Shown here: piece after piece, positions 26,461 through 37,089 of the stretch
How positions within the stretch are numbered: the first letter of the stretch is position 1
Layout: the number at the start of each line of letters is the position of its first letter
Origin: an uncultured Chloroflexia bacterium
GTDB taxonomy: Bacteria > Chloroflexota > Limnocylindria > Limnocylindrales > CSP1-4
Direction: 5' to 3'
Assembly: GCA_963808895.1 (NCBI GenBank)
Contig: CAWEHL010000004.1
Coordinates: 559,972-623,971 of the forward strand
Length of the DNA: 64,000 nucleotides
Position numbers and translations under genes: made by a program
Notes under the pieces: model-generated
Databases searched by the model: none
The model's input: the letters and a program-made list of their open reading frames with translations, nothing else
What the model was told of the DNA's origin: nothing

Positions 26461-28098
26461 ATCTCGAACACGACCTTCCCGTCGAGCAGCACCATATGCG
26501 GACGGGTCGTGGACAGCGGGCCACCGGCCGTGACCGGTTCGTCGATGGACGCGGCCGTGATCACGACGACGTCTGCGCGCTGGCCGACGACCAACCGGCC
26601 GCGGTCGGTCTCCTTCGCCGATACGGCGGGGTCGATGCAGTTCGCCCGAAGCGCTCGGTCCAACGACAGGGACTGCTCTGGCGCGTACGTCGGCGTCCCC
26701 GCCGGCCAGCGCGCGTCGTCCCGTTGGACGGCGAGCGCGAGGCCGGGCCACGGGTCATAGGGCTCGACCGGAGCGTCGGTGCCGAACGGCATCACGGCAC
26801 CGCTATCGGCGATCGACTTCCACGTGTACCCCTCGACTTCCGCCCGGTCGCCCCACAGCTTCCGGGCAGTGATGGCGTCGGATCCGAGGTGGACGGGTTG
26901 GACGCTGGCGGCGATCCCGGCTGCGGCGAAGCGCGGCCGATCGTCCGGATGCAGCATCTGGACGTGCTCGATGCGCGGCATCAGCGGCGAGGTCGCCGCG
27001 AGTGGCTCGAGGACCGTCAACGCGGCCCGGATCGCGGCATCGCCGATCGCGTGGATCGTCGTGGCGATCCCGCCGGCGGCCGCCCGTTCGGCGCGCTCTC
27101 GCAGCCCGTCCGGATCGGTCATCCACACGCCGCGCCGCTGCGCGGGCGGCAGCGGGCGGTCGGCTTCTGGCTCGATGTCCTCGAGCAGTGCCGCGGTCCG
27201 GGAACCGAGCGAGCCATCGGCGAAGCACTTCTGCCAGCCGACCGTCGCGCGACCATCGGGGTTCGACCCGAGTCGCGCGCCGCTGCGATGCCCGGCCTGG
27301 ATCGCTGCGGCGACCGCGTCGTCGCGCATGCAGGCGTGGACGCGCACCGGTAGGCGACCAGCGTCGGACAGGCGGGCATAGGCCGGGAACGAGTACTGGA
27401 GGTCGGGGTCGGGAGCGACGCCGCCTGGGTCATGGCACGCGACGACGCCGAGCCGCAGCAGATCCTGGCTCACCTCGATGAGCGCCCGGTCGAGCTCGTC
27501 GGCGGTGGGCGCCGGGACGTGGATCGTGACGAGCCGGGTGGCGCCCTCATACAGCACGCCCTCGGCGGATCCGTCGGCGGCGCGCCTGATGACGCCCCCG
27601 CTCGGGTCGCCAGCCGGAAGACTCGCCTCGCGCAGTGCCGCGTGGCTTGCCCACAACGCGTGGTGGTCGTGCGCCCAGATCGCCGCGCGGCGACCGGGCG
27701 CCACCGCCTCGAGTGCATCCGCCGTCGGCCAGCCACCCCATCGATCGGAGTCCCAGCCGTGGCCTTCGAGCCAGGCACCGTCCGGCAGCCGCTCATGCGC
27801 CACGCGGAGTCGCGCCAGGCCCTCATCGAGGGTCGGCGGCGTCATCGAGGTCGACGTGCCGCGAGGCCATCGCCGCCTGCGTCAGATGCAGATGGGCATC
27901 GGTCAGGCCCGGGATCGCGACCTGATCAGGCTCGAGCCGGATCCGCTCGGTGAACGGATCGGCGCGCGTCTCCAGATAGACCTCGGAACCGGCGAATGCG
28001 ATCCGCCCGTCGCGGATGCCGATCGCCTCGACCCAGCCGAAGCCCTCATCGCCCGCGAGCGTGGCGATACGGCCCGTGATGAGGGTGTCCAGCGGCAT
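26457..28098 (-). CDS. metal-dependent amidohydrolase (Amidohydro_3-like); apparent +1 frameshift near 27840
   Basis: N-part MPLDTLITGRIATL...IPGLTDAHLHL (HxH metal site) ends after HVDLDDAADPR*; C-part starts TPPTLDEGLARL... in the next frame and continues 460 aa to the stop at 26457. Confidence 0.75.
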
Positions 28099-28104
28099 GG
28101 TCGG

Positions 28105-29092
28105 TCAGCCTACCGGCTCAGCCATGAGCCGCGCGAGGCCGTCATGGTCGAGGCCCGCCGCCAGCCCGAGCGAGAGTGCGACCCGCGCCTTGATCGCGCA
28201 GAGGGTTCCCGCCGGGATCGCTCCGGCGCGCACCCACGTCGCCGCCGCCGCCGGGGAACGCGTAGGCCGTGGTCACGGCGCCGGCCGGACATCGGGATGC
28301 CAGGACCACGGCGATCCCGTTCGTCATGGCACGTTCCGCGGCGGCGAGCATCAGCGGCGAGGTGTTCCCCGCTCCCGTTGCTGCGACGACGACGCCACGC
28401 GCGCCTGCCGCGACCGCCGCATCGATCAGCGCGCCATCGGTACCGATGCCAGCCTCGACGAGCTCGACGCGGGCCCCGTCTGACGGCGCGGGCCGGAGGC
28501 GGCGCCGCGGCCCGCGTACCCCGGCCTGGACGTCGCTCGCCTCACCGATCGTGCCGAGCGAGCCACGGTTCGGCGAGCGGAACGTGTCGAACGCCGTCGT
28601 GTGCATCTTGGTGACGTCGTCGGCAGCCTCGATCGTCCCGGCGAGCGCGACGACGACGCCGGCATCGCGAAGTGTCGGGGAGGCGGCGGCGGCCACGGCC
28701 CGACGCAGGTTCGCGGGCCCGTCGTAGCCGTCCTCGTGCGACGCTCGCATCGCACCCGTCACGACGACCGGCTTCGACGACTCGAGGACGAGATCCCACG
28801 CGAACGACGTCTCCTCGATCGTATCGGTCCCCTGGACGACCACGACCCCGTCGATGGCGTCGTCGTCGAGGGCGGCCTGGATAACGCCAGCGAGCGTCAT
28901 CAGGTCGCGGAACGTGAAATGGCTCGCCGGGGTCAGCCCGCGGTCGATGGGAACGACGTCGGCGAGCGCGTCCAGACCGGGCGTGCGTGCCAGGATCGCG
29001 GCACCGTCGAGGGACGGCACGTTGCCACCGGCCACGGGATCGAATCCCATGCTGATCGTCCCGCCGGTGAAGACGACGGCGACACGTGGCAT
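28105..29092 (-). CDS. L-asparaginase (type I/II family); apparent +1 frameshift in a ggcggcggcggc run near 28235
   Basis: MPRVAVVFTGGTISM, VVVQGTDTIEETS; after AFPGGG the native C-terminus ATWVRAGAIPAGTLCAIKARVALSLGLAAGLDHDGLARLMAEPVG* is in the +1 frame. Confidence 0.8.
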
Positions 29093-29095
29093 CGG

Positions 29096-30616
29096 TCAGT
29101 CGCGGTCGGCGGGGTCGGCGGGCCCCGGCGGCGCCCAGGGCGGCGGCGGAGGAGGTGGCGCGGTGGCCGGCCGCTGTGGGTCCGCGCGCCACGACGGCCG
29201 GTCGGCGCCGAGCGCGGCCGCGATCGGGTCTTCGGCGTGCGGGTCCGCGGTCACGCCGGCAAGACCCGGCGTCGTGCCCCGTTTGAGCACGCTCGCGACG
29301 CCCGCCACGATGACCGCGATGGCCACGACGAGCATCACGGCCGCCGTGCCGATGAGATCGGAGATGGGCCCGACGATGATGATCGGCAGGAAGCTCGACA
29401 CGGAGACGAGCATGTTCAGGACCCCGAAGACGCGCCCGCGAGCGTCCTCCGGCAGATCCTCCTGGAGCTGCGTCTGGGCCGGGATGGCCACGGCACCGTA
29501 GGCGATGCCGGCGATGAACGCGATGAACACGACGATCGCGAGCAGCGACGTGATCGCCGACAGGTCGAGCAGGTCGCCCGCCGCGTCGACGCGCTGCAGG
29601 AACTGGCTGATCGGCCCGGCGATCGATAGCAAGGCAAGGGCCACGCCGAGCACGATCAGGCCACCCTCGATCACGCGGCGTCGTGGCAGGAACTTGCCGT
29701 ACGCGTTGAGCAGCAGGATGCCCATCACGATGCCGGCGCCGAGCGGCAGGACGATGACGGCGATGTCCTTCGGCCGCAGGCCGAGCGCCGACTGGGCGAA
29801 GTCCGGCCCGAGCACGCCGAGGACGCCGACGAGCGACGCCGTGATGCCGAGGTACAGCAGCGACCAGGCGATCGATCGGTTCTCCCGGATGATCGCGAAC
29901 CCTTCGCGCAGCTGCGCGGCGGTCGAGTGCATCGCGGCCTGGGTCTCGCCGACCGCGGTGGCGCCACGGCTCGCCCTCGACGGCGGTGGCGATGGCGGCA
30001 GCGTGAAGCAGAAGACCGCCGCCAGGAAGTACAGCCCCGAGACCACCAGGATCACGGCCTGTGGCCCGGCGATGTTGATCACCAGCGGCCCGAGAAGCGC
30101 GAAGCCGAGCGCGAAGGCTGCGTTGAGCGTGAGCGTGAAGACGCCGTTCGCCGACAGCAGCTGCCGGCGCGGCACGACCTGCGGGATCATGGCCGCCTCG
30201 GCCGGCGCGAAGAAGACCGTCACCGTCGAGATGAACAGGTTGAGGAGTATCAACAGCAGCAGGTAGTCGCCGACGAGCACGAGCCCGATGCTCGCGATAC
30301 CACGCAAGACGTTCGTTGCGATGAGCACGAGCCGGCGATCGACCCGGTCGACGTAGACGCCCGCGACCGCCGAGAACAGCACGGCCGGCACAAGGAACGA
30401 CAGGATCAGCAGGCTGACCGCGGTGTTCGGGTTGTTCTCGGAGATGACGACGGTCAGCCCGAACAGCACCATGTTGCCGCCGATCTGCGTCGCGGCCTGT
30501 GACAGCCAGAGGCGCAGGAACGGCGGGTTGCGGAAGACGGAAAGCGCGCCTTCGCCGGATCCCTCAGCGTCGCTCTCGAGCGCCTCGGCCTCCAGCGGTA
30601 CCCCGGTTTCCGTCAC
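29096..30616 (-). CDS. MFS transporter
   Basis: 12-14 TM helices; FRNPPFLRLWLSQAATQIGGNMVLFGLTVV, VDRVDRR motifs; Pro-rich C-tail. Confidence 0.85.
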   Translation of the reverse strand: MTETGVPLEAEALESDAEGSGEGALSVFRNPPFLRLWLSQAATQIGGNMVLFGLTVVISENNPNTAVSLLILSFLVPAVLFSAVAGVYVDRVDRRLVLIATNVLRGIASIGLVLVGDYLLLLILLNLFISTVTVFFAPAEAAMIPQVVPRRQLLSANGVFTLTLNAAFALGFALLGPLVINIAGPQAVILVVSGLYFLAAVFCFTLPPSPPPSRASRGATAVGETQAAMHSTAAQLREGFAIIRENRSIAWSLLYLGITASLVGVLGVLGPDFAQSALGLRPKDIAVIVLPLGAGIVMGILLLNAYGKFLPRRRVIEGGLIVLGVALALLSIAGPISQFLQRVDAAGDLLDLSAITSLLAIVVFIAFIAGIAYGAVAIPAQTQLQEDLPEDARGRVFGVLNMLVSVSSFLPIIIVGPISDLIGTAAVMLVVAIAVIVAGVASVLKRGTTPGLAGVTADPHAEDPIAAALGADRPSWRADPQRPATAPPPPPPPWAPPGPADPADRD

Positions 30617-30918
30617 GTGGCTGGGTCGCCGCGGATCCCTGCGCTCGGGGGCGGGTCGGTCGCGAGTGCGGCGGTGATCGAGGGATCACCGCGTTCCACG
30701 AACCCGGCGAGCCGGCGTTCGAGCGTCGCGCGCTCGATCAGCACATGTCTTCCACACGTCTGGCAGCGCAGCCCGATGTCTGCCCCGAGACGGTCGACGA
30801 GCCAGGTGTCGCCGCCGCAGGGATGCGTCTTCCGGAGACGCACGACATCGCCGAGCAGCAGATCGAGGACAGGACGGTCCGGCACGGCGGGGAGGGTATC
30901 AGAGGCGTGGATGCCCAT
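30613..30918 (-). CDS. DUF951 family small protein (Cys-cluster)
   Basis: VVRLRKTHPCGGDTWLVDRLGADIGLRCQTCGRHVLIERATLERRL. Confidence 0.6.
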   Translation of the reverse strand: MGIHASDTLPAVPDRPVLDLLLGDVVRLRKTHPCGGDTWLVDRLGADIGLRCQTCGRHVLIERATLERRLAGFVERGDPSITAALATDPPPSAGIRGDPAT

Positions 30919-31573
30919 GGCTCGGGACGAGTTGCCGGTCCGTTGCGGGGACGCCGATGCGGTCGAGCGGCGTCACCTCGACGCTTACCTCGGGTTGGGT
31001 CGCCGACAACTGGGCGATGATCCCACCCGGTCGGGTCAGCGAGCCGGTCAGCTTGTCGGGTGCGCCGATGGCGTCCAGCGTGAACGTGTCGCCGAGCTGC
31101 TGTGCGCCCAAGGTCACCGCGCCGGCGGCACCGAGCGCCACGACCCCGGGCACGAGTCGGACGTCATCGATCGACATCGCCTCGGCACCGGCATTGCGCA
31201 GCTCGTTGACGAGATCCTCGATCCCCGAGCCGTCGATCGGGCCTCGGACCATGACCGCGACGCCGGGCCCCATCGCCGGATCGATCCCCGCGTAGAGGCG
31301 GACACGGCGAAGGTCGGCGCGCAGCTCATCGACCGAGACGTCGCCGCGGGCGGTGTTCTGGGAAAGCACGCCGAGCTCCTGCTCGAGCGTGGCCACCTCG
31401 GTCCGGAGCTGGTCGTTGCGGTCGTCCAGGTTCGCCACGAGCACCGTCAGGTCCTGCGACGAGAGGCCTGCGAACGCCGCGCCGCTCGCCTGCGTGCGCA
31501 GCTGGACGACGACGAGCACGCCGAGCAGGAAGGTCACCGCGGCGATCGTGAGTTGGTTCCGACGTCGTCGCAT
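30899..31573 (-). CDS. DUF881 domain membrane-anchored protein
   Basis: N-terminal TM, coiled-coil, then ...LYAGIDPAMGPGVAVMVRG...; paralog of next gene. Confidence 0.7.
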   Translation of the reverse strand: MRRRRNQLTIAAVTFLLGVLVVVQLRTQASGAAFAGLSSQDLTVLVANLDDRNDQLRTEVATLEQELGVLSQNTARGDVSVDELRADLRRVRLYAGIDPAMGPGVAVMVRGPIDGSGIEDLVNELRNAGAEAMSIDDVRLVPGVVALGAAGAVTLGAQQLGDTFTLDAIGAPDKLTGSLTRPGGIIAQLSATQPEVSVEVTPLDRIGVPATDRQLVPSHGHPRL

Positions 31574-31575
31574 CG

Positions 31576-32337
31576 TTACGGCGAGGCCCCGGGCGACGGC
31601 TCGGGACGCGCGTAGCGGAGCGTGACGGTGCCAGCGAACGCCGGGATGTCGACGGCCTCGGGCTCCGCGATCGAGACCTGGATGCCGAAGCCCTGCGCTC
31701 GCGTCCGGATGAGATCGACGAAGCCGGGCGACGCGCTGAGCCGTGCGTACAGGTCGTCCGGGCCGATGGCGGAGACCTGATACGGGCCGGCGAGATACGC
31801 GGCGTTCACGAGGATCGACGGACCGACATCGATGACAGCGCTGGTCGGCGTCATCCGCTCTCCGTTGATCGCGACTGCTTCCGCGCCGGCCGCCCAGAGC
31901 TCCTCGACGACCGACCGCAGGTCGCGCGCGCCGACGAGGTAGTCAGCCTGGTCTGCGCCTGGCGCGACCGGCTCCTGCGAGTCCTGGAGCTGGAGCACGA
32001 TCCCCGTCCCGGTGAGCGGGATCAGACCAGCGGCGATACGCGCCTGCTGGAGCTGATCGTTCAGCTGACGGACCTGCTCGGCCGATCCCTCGCTCGTCTG
32101 CTCGTTCGCCTGGATCTGTCCTCGCAGCTCGAGGATCCGTGCCTTCAGCTGGTCCTGCCGCTGCTGGAGCTGGGTCGCGGTCTCGATCAGCGGCGCGCGT
32201 TCCTGCGTCGTGTAGCGCACCCGCGGGCCCTGCGCCGCCAGCTGTGCCGCGATCAGGAAGCCGAGGCCGAGCAGTGCCGCCCCGAGGGTGATCTGCCAGC
32301 TCGGGATCGACCGCAGGCGGGCGGCCATCGAGGTCAT
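31576..32337 (-). CDS. DUF881 domain membrane-anchored protein (paralog)
   Basis: TM, Gln-rich coiled-coil (QLQQRQDQLKARILELRGQIQANEQ), LIPLTGTGIVLQLQD. Confidence 0.7.
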   Translation of the reverse strand: MTSMAARLRSIPSWQITLGAALLGLGFLIAAQLAAQGPRVRYTTQERAPLIETATQLQQRQDQLKARILELRGQIQANEQTSEGSAEQVRQLNDQLQQARIAAGLIPLTGTGIVLQLQDSQEPVAPGADQADYLVGARDLRSVVEELWAAGAEAVAINGERMTPTSAVIDVGPSILVNAAYLAGPYQVSAIGPDDLYARLSASPGFVDLIRTRAQGFGIQVSIAEPEAVDIPAFAGTVTLRYARPEPSPGASP

Positions 32338-33716
32338 CGTGCGGGTCGCCGCGACCGTGCCCAGACCAGCAGACCGATGCCGCCCGCGATCAAGACGGCG
32401 GCGGCGACCAGGCCCGGCGAGGTGGTCCTATCCCGTACCGGCTCATCGAGCGCGACGGACGGTGTCGCGGCCGGCCCGGGTGTCGCGGCCAGCCCGGGTG
32501 TCACGGCCGAGCCGGGTGTCGCCCCGACGACCGCGGGCGGCACCGAGGCCGTCCCTTCCCAGCCCGACGGCACCGGGCCTGGCGCGGCCGGCTTGGGTCC
32601 GAACCTGGTCGGCTGCTTCGCTCCGAGGTCGGCGAGCCACGCGGCGCCGAACGCCGCGGTATCCATGCCGATCGCGCCCTTGAACGCCTCGTCGTCGGTC
32701 TTGCCGTCCGCGTACGACCGAACGAGTGACACCAGGGCGTCCTGACTGTGCTTGCGCACGAGGAAGTCGATCGCGCTGACGCTCTCCGCATACGCGAGAC
32801 CGAACCCCGATCCTGTCGGGAACTGCGCGGTCAACCCGTCGAGTGGGATCAGGTCACCGGATGAGGCGGCGTTCTCGACATCGGACCGGTCGCTGGGGCC
32901 GTACCCGACGCTCAGGTACACGGCCAGCCCCTCGTTGAGCCAGCGCGGCGGGAAGTGATACGGATTGTCGACCGCGGTGTCGAAGACGAGATGGATCAGC
33001 TCGTGCGGGACGACGTTCTCGACCCATGGGTCGTTGATCGCGGAAGGCGCGATGTCGGCGAACAACGTCCGGATCTCGGCATTCGCTTGACCACCGACGT
33101 TCTCGCGTGTCCCGGGTCCGAGCGCGTCGTAGAACGGGCCCTGGTCCGCGTAGATGAAGAAGTCGATGGGCTTGGTCTCGGTCACGCCGAGCAGCTTCGA
33201 TGTCTCGGCGACCTCGCGTTCCCCGATCTTGAGGGCACGCTCGCCGAACGCGCGATCGCCCTTGTACCAATGGACGCGCACCGTGTCGCCGCTCAGGGTC
33301 TGCCAGTCGAACCGCTCATCGACCACGACCGTCCGTGCTTCCGGGCCGATCCGCGTCGTCCCGTCGGCCGTGATCCGCCATCGGACCGAGACCGGGGTGT
33401 TCGGCACGATATGAGCGTCCGGACCGCCGAGCGTGTGCTGGAGCGTCGTCTGGCCGCCTGCGAACGGGATCGTCACCTCGCTCACGAGCGGAGCCGGACT
33501 ATCCGCCATCGTCACGAGGACCTCGATCCGGCTGATGGCTCCCTCGAGGGTCACGGGTTGCGACGCGATGACCCCGCTGTCGAACGAGCCGCTGATCGAT
33601 GGCCGTCCGAACTCGATCGTCGCGGCGCGCGCCGGCGTCGCGGCGAGGCCGGAGGCCCCGAGTGCGAGCGCGAGGACCGCCACGAGGCGCAGCGACCGTG
33701 CCGCCTGACACCTCAT
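32334..33716 (-). CDS. secreted zincin-like metalloprotease (peptidase MA-like, HExxH) with C-terminal membrane anchor
   Basis: signal peptide; VPHELIHLVF HExxH motif; Pro/Ala/Thr linker; C-terminal TM LVAAAVLIAGGIGLLVW. Confidence 0.6.
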   Translation of the reverse strand: MRCQAARSLRLVAVLALALGASGLAATPARAATIEFGRPSISGSFDSGVIASQPVTLEGAISRIEVLVTMADSPAPLVSEVTIPFAGGQTTLQHTLGGPDAHIVPNTPVSVRWRITADGTTRIGPEARTVVVDERFDWQTLSGDTVRVHWYKGDRAFGERALKIGEREVAETSKLLGVTETKPIDFFIYADQGPFYDALGPGTRENVGGQANAEIRTLFADIAPSAINDPWVENVVPHELIHLVFDTAVDNPYHFPPRWLNEGLAVYLSVGYGPSDRSDVENAASSGDLIPLDGLTAQFPTGSGFGLAYAESVSAIDFLVRKHSQDALVSLVRSYADGKTDDEAFKGAIGMDTAAFGAAWLADLGAKQPTRFGPKPAAPGPVPSGWEGTASVPPAVVGATPGSAVTPGLAATPGPAATPSVALDEPVRDRTTSPGLVAAAVLIAGGIGLLVWARSRRPAR

Positions 33717-35272
33717 GGCTTCTCCCAGGCGAGACCGGCGAGCCGCATCGATCCAAGGCCGTTCTGCCCCGCCCCGATGAGCCCGTCGCGAGCGAGGGCC
33801 CAGCCCGTCCCATACGTGATCGGGATGACCGGGACGTCACGCTGGACGACCGCCTCCGCCCGGTCGAACGCTGCGCGCGAGGCCGCCTCATCGGCCGTCG
33901 AACCGGCTTGGGTGATGGCGGCGTCGAACGCATCGGATCGCCAGTGGCCGTAGTTGTTGACCGAGCCCGAGCCGAGAAGGACCCCGAGGAAGTCGTTGCG
34001 CCCCGGGTAGTCGGCGACCCATGACAGGAACCACATCTGCGGCGGATCGGTGTCGAGCCGCGGAAAATACGCATCGAAATCCATCGTCTCCTGATCGACC
34101 GTGATCCCGAGCTCCCGCTCCAGCTCCGCGACCACCGCCTCGTCATACGGGCTACCCCCCGTCACGAGCGTGATCCTCGGGAAGCCGTTGCCACTCGGAT
34201 ACCCGGCTTGCGCCAGGAGCGCGCGAGCCGCCGAAGGATCGTGACGCGGCAGCATGTCGGCCCCTGACCGGTCCGGGATCCCGGGCGGCACCATCGACGT
34301 CGCGACCGCTGCCGGATCGTCGACGGCGAGCTCGGCGATCCGCCGCCAGTCGACGGCCGCGCCGAACGCCTGGCGCACGCGAACGTCGTCGAACGGCGGC
34401 TTGGTCGTATCGAAGCCGTAGTAGTCCGTGGACATCGCCGGCACCGCGAGCAGCCGCGGGCCGAGAGTGCGGTCGTAGGCGATCCAGCGCGCGTCGGCGC
34501 TGTCGATCGAGACGTAGTCGAGATCGCCGGCCTGGAAGCGATCGACCGGGCTCGCGCCCTGGAGCGTGGTCGTGACGGTGATGGTGCCGATCGCCGGTGG
34601 ACCAGCCCAGTAACGCGGGTTCGCCTGCAGCGTCATGTCGGTCGCACCCTCATCGACGAGGCGGTATCCACCGCTGGCGACGAAGTCGCGGCTCGCGGTC
34701 AGCGCGTCCGCTGCGTCGATCGACGCCGGGACGACCGCGAACGTCGGGCTGGCGACGATGGCCGGAAAGTCGGCCGCCGCCCGCTCCATATCGACCGTCA
34801 CTTCGCGTGTCGAGTCGTCCGCGTGGATGCCGACGTCCCCGGCCTTGGCCTCGCCGTCGGCATAAGCCAGGGCACCGCGGACATCGGCGAACAAGGTCAT
34901 GAGCGGCGAGGGGGTGTCGGGATCGATCACGCGGAACCAGCTCCGGGCGACATCCGAGGCACGGAGCGGCGAACCGTCGCTGAACACGAGGTCGGACCGA
35001 AGGCGGAAGACGACCCGGCGCCCGTCGTCCTGGACCCGCCACGCGTCGGCGAGGGCCGGTCGCAGCTGGAGGTCCGCGTCGAACGTCGTGAGCGTTTCGA
35101 ACAGCTGCGCGATGACCGCCGAGCTCTCGGCGTCGCCCGTGCGAGCCGGATCGAGTTCCGAGGGCGCACCGAGCGAGATCCGGGCGGACGCGTCGGACGG
35201 GCCGCCGATCGAGGGCCCCCCGCACGCGCCGACCAGCAGAGCCATGACAAGTACGGACACCCGGCGGCGCAT
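33713..35272 (-). CDS. ABC transporter substrate-binding lipoprotein, family 5 (oligopeptide/nickel type)
   Basis: lipobox LLVGACGG; SBP_bac_5 architecture, 519 aa. Confidence 0.85.
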   Translation of the reverse strand: MRRRVSVLVMALLVGACGGPSIGGPSDASARISLGAPSELDPARTGDAESSAVIAQLFETLTTFDADLQLRPALADAWRVQDDGRRVVFRLRSDLVFSDGSPLRASDVARSWFRVIDPDTPSPLMTLFADVRGALAYADGEAKAGDVGIHADDSTREVTVDMERAAADFPAIVASPTFAVVPASIDAADALTASRDFVASGGYRLVDEGATDMTLQANPRYWAGPPAIGTITVTTTLQGASPVDRFQAGDLDYVSIDSADARWIAYDRTLGPRLLAVPAMSTDYYGFDTTKPPFDDVRVRQAFGAAVDWRRIAELAVDDPAAVATSMVPPGIPDRSGADMLPRHDPSAARALLAQAGYPSGNGFPRITLVTGGSPYDEAVVAELERELGITVDQETMDFDAYFPRLDTDPPQMWFLSWVADYPGRNDFLGVLLGSGSVNNYGHWRSDAFDAAITQAGSTADEAASRAAFDRAEAVVQRDVPVIPITYGTGWALARDGLIGAGQNGLGSMRLAGLAWEKP

Positions 35273-35521
35273 CGGGCGGAGTATAGGGGTGGTCCCCGTC
35301 GAGGCCCTGGAACGGGTCGGCTTGCCGGTCGGAGCGGCGCTCGGAGGCCCCGAGCGGCGAACCCATGATGAGACCCCGCAGGTCTACACCGCCGGGGGAA
35401 CGATGTCTGAACCGCGGGGCCTCTGACTGCATAACGAGGAATGGCGGCGCTTTGTTAGGGCCGGACAAGGGCCGGATCACGGTCGGATCGGACCAGGGTG
35501 GTGCGCCTCTACGATGTCACC

Positions 35522-37057
35522 ATGACGCTCCGGATCCGGAACACCCTGACGCGATCCGTCGAGCCGGTCGAACCGCTCGAAGCGGGCCGCATCCGGATGT
35601 ACACGTGTGGCCCGACCGTCTACCAATTCGCCCACGTCGGCAATCTCCGCTCGAACCTGCTCGCCGACCTGATCCGACGCGTCCTCCTCTACCACGGCCT
35701 CGAGGTCTTCCACGTCAAGAACATCACCGACGTCGGTCACCTCCGCGAGGATCAGTTCGATCGGGGCGAGGACCGGATGCTGGTGCAGGCGGGTCTCGAG
35801 AACAAGACGTCGGCCGAGATCGCCGATGCCTATGAAGCGGCGTTCCACGCCGACGAGGCACTCGTCAACATCCTTCCCGCCCATGTCTTCCCGCGCGCGA
35901 CCGAGCACATCGCCGAGATGGTCGCGTTGGCGGAGGAGCTCGAGGACCGGGGCCATGCCTACACGAGCTTGGCCGGCAACGTGTACTACGCGGTCGGGTC
36001 GTTCTCGGGATACGGCCAGCTCTCGGGGAACTCCCTGGAGGACCTGCGTGCGGGCCATCGCGGCGAGGTCGAGGCCGACAAGCGCGATCCGGCCGATTTC
36101 GCGCTATGGAAGGCCGCCGGTCCGCGGCGCTCGCTGAAATGGCCCACGGCGCGCTGGGGCGACGGGTTCCCGGGCTGGCACCTCGAGTGCTCCGCGATGG
36201 CACGCCGCTACCTCGGCGACCGGTTCGACCTCCATACGGGCGGCATCGACAACATCTTTCCCCACCACGAGGACGAGATCGCCCAGTCGGCGCCGGTCGT
36301 CGGTGGGCCGCCGGCCAGGATCTGGGTCCACGGGGAGCATCTGCTGATGGCCGGTCGGAAGATGGCCAAGTCGGCCGGCAACTTCCAACGGGTGACCGAG
36401 CTGATCGATGAGGGAATCGACCCGCTCGCGTTCCGGTATCTCGTCCTCACCTCACGCTATGCCCACAAGCTGAATTACTCGGACGCCTCGATCGGGGCCT
36501 CTGCGGCAGGCCTGGCCTCGCTGCGGAACGGGCTGACGAAGCTCGGGCCGCCACCGTCGACCGGCCCGTGGGTGGCGCCGCAGGTGCTCACAGCCGGCGC
36601 GGCACCGGATCGTCCACAGGGCGAGGCGGCGGGCGCGAGCGGCTTCGGTGGCGGTCGATACGCGCTCGCGGATCGGGCCCACGCGCCAACGGCACCGCTA
36701 TCGGAGCCCGGCCGCGCTCTCCACGACCGGTTCATCGAGGCGCTCGACGACGACCTCGACCTGCCGGCGGCACTCGTGTGCGTTCGCGAGATCCTGCGCG
36801 CCGACCTTCCGGCCGATGAACGGCGCTGGCTCGTGCTCGATGCCGACGCGGTGCTCGGGCTCGATCTTCATCGGGTCTGGGAAGAGGCAACGGATGCGGG
36901 AGACATCCCGGCGGACATCGCCGCGCTGCTTCGCGACCGGGACGAGGCTCGAGCAGCTCGCGATTACGCGCGCGCCGACGCACTGCGCGACAGGATCGGC
37001 GACGCCGGTTTCGACGTCATCGACGGGCCCGAGGGGTCGACCGCGCGTCGCCGCTAG
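35522..37057 (+). CDS. cysS: cysteine--tRNA ligase
   Basis: MTLRIRNTLTR..., CGPTVY, HVGNLRSNL (HIGH-like), WHLECSAM, KMAKSAGN (KMSKS), C-terminal ARAARDYARADALRDRIGDAGFDVIDG; MshC paralog cannot be fully excluded. Confidence 0.8.
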   Translation: MTLRIRNTLTRSVEPVEPLEAGRIRMYTCGPTVYQFAHVGNLRSNLLADLIRRVLLYHGLEVFHVKNITDVGHLREDQFDRGEDRMLVQAGLENKTSAEIADAYEAAFHADEALVNILPAHVFPRATEHIAEMVALAEELEDRGHAYTSLAGNVYYAVGSFSGYGQLSGNSLEDLRAGHRGEVEADKRDPADFALWKAAGPRRSLKWPTARWGDGFPGWHLECSAMARRYLGDRFDLHTGGIDNIFPHHEDEIAQSAPVVGGPPARIWVHGEHLLMAGRKMAKSAGNFQRVTELIDEGIDPLAFRYLVLTSRYAHKLNYSDASIGASAAGLASLRNGLTKLGPPPSTGPWVAPQVLTAGAAPDRPQGEAAGASGFGGGRYALADRAHAPTAPLSEPGRALHDRFIEALDDDLDLPAALVCVREILRADLPADERRWLVLDADAVLGLDLHRVWEEATDAGDIPADIAALLRDRDEARAARDYARADALRDRIGDAGFDVIDGPEGSTARRR

Positions 37058-37089
37058 CCGGCTCGGCGGGCGGCGCAAGGCCGCTTGGC

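Noticed and set aside
25609-26751. 380-aa minus-strand ORF
   Set aside because: Antisense to the flavoprotein reductase and the amidohydrolase C-terminus.
28180-28260. (ggc)n tracts and similar short tandem codon repeats as CRISPR or VNTR
   Set aside because: Simple Gly/Ala codon repeats inside coding sequence; no spacer-repeat architecture anywhere in the window.
27478-29629. 378-aa and 342-aa plus-strand ORFs
   Set aside because: Antisense to the amidohydrolase and asparaginase genes; Arg-rich composition.
30617-33953. 332-aa plus-strand ORFs at 30617-31615 and 32955-33953
   Set aside because: Antisense to the DUF881 and metalloprotease genes.
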